A stretch of DNA of 63,251 nt, counting the filler, from Craspedostauros australis (lineage: Eukaryota): NCBI GenBank assembly GCA_030167865.1. It is 8 parts of 8 records of this genome, joined end to end, with 100 filler letters (N's around TTAATTAATTAA, not from the genome) between each part and the next. Parts side by side here need not be neighbours in the genome. Positions count along the whole stretch, not along the records: positions 57,676 to 63,251 come from JALAGF010005993.1; 7 more parts are not named here. The stretch is one strand, 5' to 3'. Both the position numbers and the translations under genes were made by a program. The notes beneath the pieces are model-generated. The model made no database searches. It was given only the letters and a program-made list of their open reading frames with translations, and was not told where the DNA came from. Below are positions 57,676 to 63,251 of the stretch, in pieces (within the stretch, counting starts at the first letter, position 1; each line of letters starts with the position of its first letter).

Positions 57676-60525
57676 TCCTCCCACGTTTCATCTCCCTTGA
57701 CTTGCGATCCCGTTGCGTTCGTGATGATCTCATGGAAAGTCTTACTTTGGAGGTCGTCGTCTTGGTCTGCGTTCCTCGCTGACATGGTTTCGGTTGGCGA
57801 TGTCTTGGCATCACCATCCTGTGCAACTTGGGCGGTTGGATTTGGGTTTGCGCTGAAGCTGAATATTGCTTTCTGGTCTCCATCGTGCAGACGTTGTCGG
57901 TTGCGGCGTCTCTGGATCTTCCCGCTTGTTGTTTTGGAGATGGTGCGTTCCTTGACGGCTGCGATTGTGACAGGTGCCAATCCGATGTGCTCCATCACGG
58001 CCTTTCTGATCTCCTGACAGATTGTTGCAGCATCGTCTGTATGGTTGGTTCGGATCTCAAAGACGATCTCGAGCTGTCCATCGTTGCCTGAATCATCAGA
58101 TGAGAATGCCGCGACACATCCTGGACGGACGGCAGATGAGGCCTCTTCAACAGCGTGCTCGATATCTTGCGGGTAGTAGTTCACACCATTGACGATGATG
58201 ATGTCCTTCTTGCGGCCGCAAATGAAGAGATGATCATCTTGGTAGAATCCGTAGTCTCCCGTTCGCAAGTACGTCTTGGTCGAAGGGCGGCCTCCATTGC
58301 TGTCACTGTCAGCGGTGTTCTCGCCATTGCCATTGCCATCGGATGGAGGATCTTGCAGCTTCGCATGAAATTCGTCGGCGGTGAGCTGGGCTTGATTGTA
58401 GTATCCGGCTGCGACAGAGGCCCCGGCGATCCAGATCTCTCCCGTGATATTATCTGGACGTTGCACGCGGGTGTCCGGGTCCACGATGATGATATCAATC
58501 GAGTGGTGTAGAGTATTGCGGTGTGTAATTGCCACAGATGGATGCAGATCTTCACCTTCGCGGATGGTAGAAACATGAAATCCATGCTTGAAACTCACGC
58601 CAACCACGTTCTCCGCAAGACCATACCCAGCCACAAACCATTCCTTGCGCAGGCCGTATGGGCAGAATGCGTCAGAGAAGTGCTTTTCTGTGTCCAGCCG
58701 TGTTGGTTCGGCCGCGTTTTGCAGATGATACACGTTGGATAGGTCGAGGTTCGGGATGGGATGACCTTTTCCAGTCTGCTTGCTCTTGGCCTCGTTGAAC
58801 TTGCGTGTTGCAAGACGGTACGCAAAGTCTGGCGCAGCACTCATGTGGCACTTGTGTCGCGAGATCAGATCAATCCACAGCAGCGGGTTGCTGATAAATG
58901 AGACGGGCGACATCATATGGAGACGGAAGGCACCGGACAAAGGCGCAATGACCATCTGGATCAGACCCATGTCATGGTACTGCGGTAGCCATGAGCATGC
59001 CGTGATTCGCTTTGGTATTTTGCCTCTATCACCCANNNNNNNNNNNNNNNNNNNNNNNNNNNNNNNNNNNNNNNNNNNNNNNNNNGCGCAGGCCGTATGG
59101 GCAGAATGCGTCAGAGAAGTGCTTTTCTGTGTCCAGCCGTGTTGGTTCGGCCGCGTTTTGCAGATGATACACGTTGGATAGGTCGAGGTTCGGGATGGGA
59201 TGACCTTTTCCAGTCTGCTTGCTCTTGGCCTCGTTGAACTTGCGTGTTGCAAGACGGTACGCAAAGTCTGGCGCAGCACTCATGTGGCACTTGTGTCGCG
59301 AGATCAGATCAATCCACAGCAGCGGGTTGCTGATAAATGAGACGGGCGACATCATATGGAGACGGAAGGCACCGGACAAAGGCGCAATGNCCATCTGGAT
59401 CAGACCCATGTCATGGTACTGCGGTAGCCATGAGCATGCCGTGATTCGCTTTGGTATTTTGCCTCTATCACCCACGTCATTTTCAAAGCACTTCAGCCAA
59501 CAGCCATGGAGCAGTTCAACGTTGGCTCTCAGGGCGGCATGCGTCACCATCACACCCTTGGGGTTGCCTGTGCTCCCGGATGTGTACTGGAGGAACGCCA
59601 GATCCGATCCCACCATGTTGGGTTCATCGAATGAAGGCGGCGGCGACGATGAACGGCCAGAGATGAGGCTCGAAAGGAAGCCTTTGTTGGTTTGCTTGTT
59701 CTTGCCGTTGATCTTGCCCGTGATGAAGCCATCATGGCGAATGATGCGATCGGTGACTTGGTACTTCACCCCGCTTGGCCACATGGAGCGGCTCCTGGAT
59801 GTTGGGTTGGCGCGATCGGCGGCTCGAAGGAGATTGATGGATGTTTGGGTGAGGATGAGTGCTGGAGCGCAATCCTCGATCACCTTGTTCATCTTGGTGA
59901 GCGACTTGACAAGCGGAGGTCCGGGAGGGTAGACCAACACGGCTGTTACTCCTGCACGAAGACATCCCAAGAAGACAGCGAAGAAGTGCAGACCGAAGTC
60001 GTAGCAGAGAACGACGCGATCGCCTTTCTTGACGTCCCACTTGTTGCGGAGGAGATGGGCGCATTGGCCGGCTTCATCCCAAAGCTGCTGGAAGGTGTAG
60101 TTGTTGATTGCCTTTCCCTTGTCGTTGTACCAAGTGGAAAAGACGATGTCGGACTTGAGCTCGACGACGAACTTGAGATGGTCGAGGAAGGATTTGTTTT
60201 GGATGGATTTGTGGATGACATCATGCTCGCTGATGACAGCAGGGCTGCTGATGCCGTCGGACGAAGCCAATGTCGTTGATGCCTGCGACGGAGGCAATGA
60301 TTGTGGCTTGATGATGCCGGCTTCGACATCATCTGTGATGTCTGGCAGAGGAGAGTGCTCGTCATTGCTGCTGGATTTGTTGGATGCAGTTGTTGCGACA
60401 TCGCCGGTATTGTCTTCGGCTGTTTGGTTACGGTCGTCGTCGCGCATGATGGAGAGAGGGAAGGTGGGTATGTGAACGGATAGTCGTACTTGATTATGCG
60501 AGATGGATTTGCTCTGTTTCTTCAT
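57676..60525 (-). CDS. Fatty acyl-AMP ligase (FAAL)-domain protein, 3'-truncated, probably multidomain
   Basis: FLQYTSGSTGNPKGVMVTH, WLPQYHDMGLI, YGLAENVV, YLRTGDYGF, GRKKDIIIVNGVNYYPQDIE, KTTSGKIQRR. The frame break is explained by the duplication 58647-59035 = 59086-59474 across an N gap. Start ATG at 60525 or 60447. Confidence 0.88.
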
Positions 60526-60936
60526 TTTGTGACCATCCCTGCGAGTTTGTTGTTGTTGTCCCTGTTGGTTGGTTATCACTGACAGTTGACACAGTTTCCG
60601 ATCAAGGCGGAAACGAGTTGGTCATGTTGGCTCCGGGGCATTTGTCCCTCGAGTCCCTGTGAAGAACATCCCGAAAAGACCGTCATCGGCAACACGAGAT
60701 TCATACGGAGCATTATGACTTCCACATTCAGTTTCCCCTCCTACTGGTCCCCACCACGGTTCGTGCCGGTTCTCGGAAAACGAAACTTCGCAGAACCGCG
60801 TCGTGACTGAATAGAGAGATAAAGTTGGAATTCAATGAGGGACGGACTGATTCGGATTTTTTGGTGTCCCACCCTGGTGCTCGAAATTCAACTTGGCGCG
60901 AAATTGTCCGACTCCGACGATCACAACGCCCACTTT

Positions 60937-62320
60937 TGTCAGGAATCGGGTGTTGTGAACCACCGAATTGCCGCACCTCCCAAGAGCGCGGAGTTGATCA
61001 TTGTGTAATGCTAAATTACCGCACCTCCCAACAGGTCAAGAGTCAGGAGTCGAATGTCATGAAATGCTACATTACCGCAACGCCCACCTGTGGATCTTTG
61101 TGACAGAAAATGTGAGCTACACGCGTCTTGTGGTGAAGAACGCCACGTGCCGAATGCGAACCATGCCTGACGTTCATGACTCCAATGCAGGAATGCGAAT
61201 CACACGTGTATGTCGCAGGGGGCGGGGATGTTGGAATCGTGACCAACATCACGANACNAGCGACTACGGCCCCCATGTCGCAACCAATGAAAAAGAGTAC
61301 TGGAGGAAGGCCAACATCACGAAGTGTGAGATGGCCTGTGAACGAACCTGAGATGAGGAACATCCAGGAAGCCGGCAAAGTGATCGGCGAAGAAAACATC
61401 AGAAACGACCGGAGAAGATCGGAGATGATCGGAGATGTGGAATGATGAGGAGCTGAGAGAGACCCCACCCAGGGTGCTCCTGTGACGAGTNNNNNNNNNN
61501 NNNNNNNNNNNNNNNNNNNNNNNNNNNNNNNNNNNNNNNNAACGCCCACCTGTGGATCTTTGTGACAGAAAATGTGAGCTACACGCGTCTTGTGGTGAAG
61601 AACGCCACGTGCCGAATGCGAACCATGCCTGACGTTCATGACTCCAATGCAGGAATGCGAATCACACGTGTATGTCGCAGGGGGCGGGGATGTTGGAATC
61701 GTGACCAACATCACGACACAAGCGACTACGGCCCCCATGTCGCAACCAATGAAAAAGAGTACTGGAGGAAGGCCAACATCACGAAGTGTGAGATGGCCTG
61801 TGAACGAACCTGAGATGAGGAACATCCAGGAAGCCGGCAAAGTGATCGGCGAAGAAAACATCAGAAACGACCGGAGAAGATCGGAGATGATCGGAGATGT
61901 GGAATGATGAGGAGCTGAGAGAGACCCCACCCAGGGTGCTCCTGTGACGAGTGGGAAATCGTGATCTGATCGAATGAACTGATCTGTGTGATGCCTACGA
62001 CTCGGCGATGTCTACGCTAACGAAACTATTGGTAGAGGGCAGGAGATGGAATGTCTGAGATGCATGATGAGATGCATGATGAGATGAACCAGTACTGCAA
62101 GATGAGATGTACATGGAGTACAAGCTGCATGACATGATGAAACAGGAGGACAGCACTGCATGAGCAAGGGCAAGACTGTGTGCTACTGTGGATTATGTAT
62201 GCTTTGGCAAATGGAATTGAAAGTGATGAAGATGTTGTACTCACAGTTCCAACAATGCAATAGCAGGAATAGGTAACCAGAGACTACTACTAGAGACTGG
62301 GGTACCCCGGATTTCCAACA
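60937..62320. mobile_element. Solo-LTR-like element with 6-bp flanking direct repeat CACTTT (true length ~920 bp)
   Basis: TGTCAGGAATCGGG...CCGGATTTCCAACA, with CACTTT at 60931-60936 and 62321-62326. The internal duplication 61079-61490 = 61541-61952 spans an N gap. Confidence 0.75.
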
Positions 62321-63251
62321 CACTTTCTCCTCCTCCTTTCCATTCACAAACCATTGCCCGACTCTATTGAGAGGACAATTGTAATAGATCCCAAACATTA
62401 TGGCTTATCACTTGTTAGCTGTTGTTGGCTGTAGAGGCTTGATTGACAAGCAGTCCGAACGTGAGTCTTCTGTTCTACAAGTAGTCAATTGAGAATACTG
62501 GTAGATGGTGAAGAAACGTGCGGATTATGAGTGTTATTGCTATTGATCTTCTCCATGGGGTGGATCTCCAACGTTGCCCTAAAGGATCTGTTGTATGGGT
62601 CGCGTAGCTTGAGTACTGCGGATGGACGCTGGCATGTGTTCCGTGGGTTGTCATCCTTGCCGTGTTGGCTTGTATTCGTGCGTTGGTGCTTTGGCGATGT
62701 GATGGGATCAATGACTTGGTTATCGGAACCCTTCAACATGTCTGACACGGGTCGCCAAAGATAAAGTGTTGGAAGGCTACGCGCACGGAGAATCGGTAGT
62801 AGTCACACTCTTTGTCGAAAGTGTTTCTGTTACTGTTACTGTTGTTGCTATTGTTTGTTGATGAGCGAGCGTGGGGAATGAGATGATCAAGATGCTCTCT
62901 TGATCCATCTCTTCCTTGCTCTCATTGCTTGGTGCAATCCTCTTGCACCTCCATGCACATTGCTCTCATGTTGCTCGTTGATGTTGACTTGATCATCAAC
63001 GTTGTCGTCTCTCTCTCGTTGTCTCGTCTGTCGAGATGTACATGTGAGTATATGTCGAGATGTACGAGTATATGTGCATCGTTCACCCGCTATTCTCTCA
63101 TACGCACTTGGACGGTATAACTACATTCGTGTCGATAGTATACTGTGATTCGTCAGAATTACAGGGTAAATGGAACACACGAAAAGGGGCAAGATTTCTG
63201 GAGGAAATTTGCAAATGACGATTTCTGAGAGAATTGGAAGATCGTCCGTCC

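Noticed and set aside
58647..59474. Frameshifted or split FAAL pseudogene
   Set aside because: An exact overlap across the N gap explains the frame change.
62475..62760. Possible second DDE_Tnp_4 remnant (FRATLEIH; LPVFSIDY)
   Set aside because: Too degenerate to call by eye.

Overview
This is eukaryotic nuclear DNA, most likely from a (pennate) diatom. That call is inferred from DUF6824-type paralogs, a silaffin-like KxxK/RXL protein, CoDi-like Copia elements and short GT-AG introns. The window is not contiguous: seven artificial 100-nt N-TTAATTAATTAA-N linkers split it into eight contigs, and many 50-N gaps are flanked by duplicated sequence. Positions 1-28.8 kb are gene-dense: a secreted CIA30-like protein, a coiled-coil protein, a carbohydrate sulfotransferase, a silaffin-like protein, a flavin-reductase/PCP_red-like protein, two DUF6824 paralogs, a histidine acid phosphatase, a MOT1-family molybdate transporter, MIC60, and a duplicated gene for a putative plastid protein separated by LTR relics. 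The remainder holds a 7TM GPCR-like gene, a partial STAND/COG3899-like ATPase, a large secreted Cys-rich protein, at least three distinct Ty1/Copia fragments, a FAAL-domain gene and a solo-LTR-like family. The most unusual signals are (1) a Copia pol whose frame continues past RNase H without a stop into a long (about 800 aa or more) unknown extension, (2) a Copia gag-protease region with a ~330-aa insert carrying a CxxC...CxxC motif, (3) the silaffin-like gene head-to-head with a sulfotransferase, and (4) the FAAL(-ACP?) gene with a solo LTR in its upstream region. All family assignments are by motif recognition; no database searches were run.
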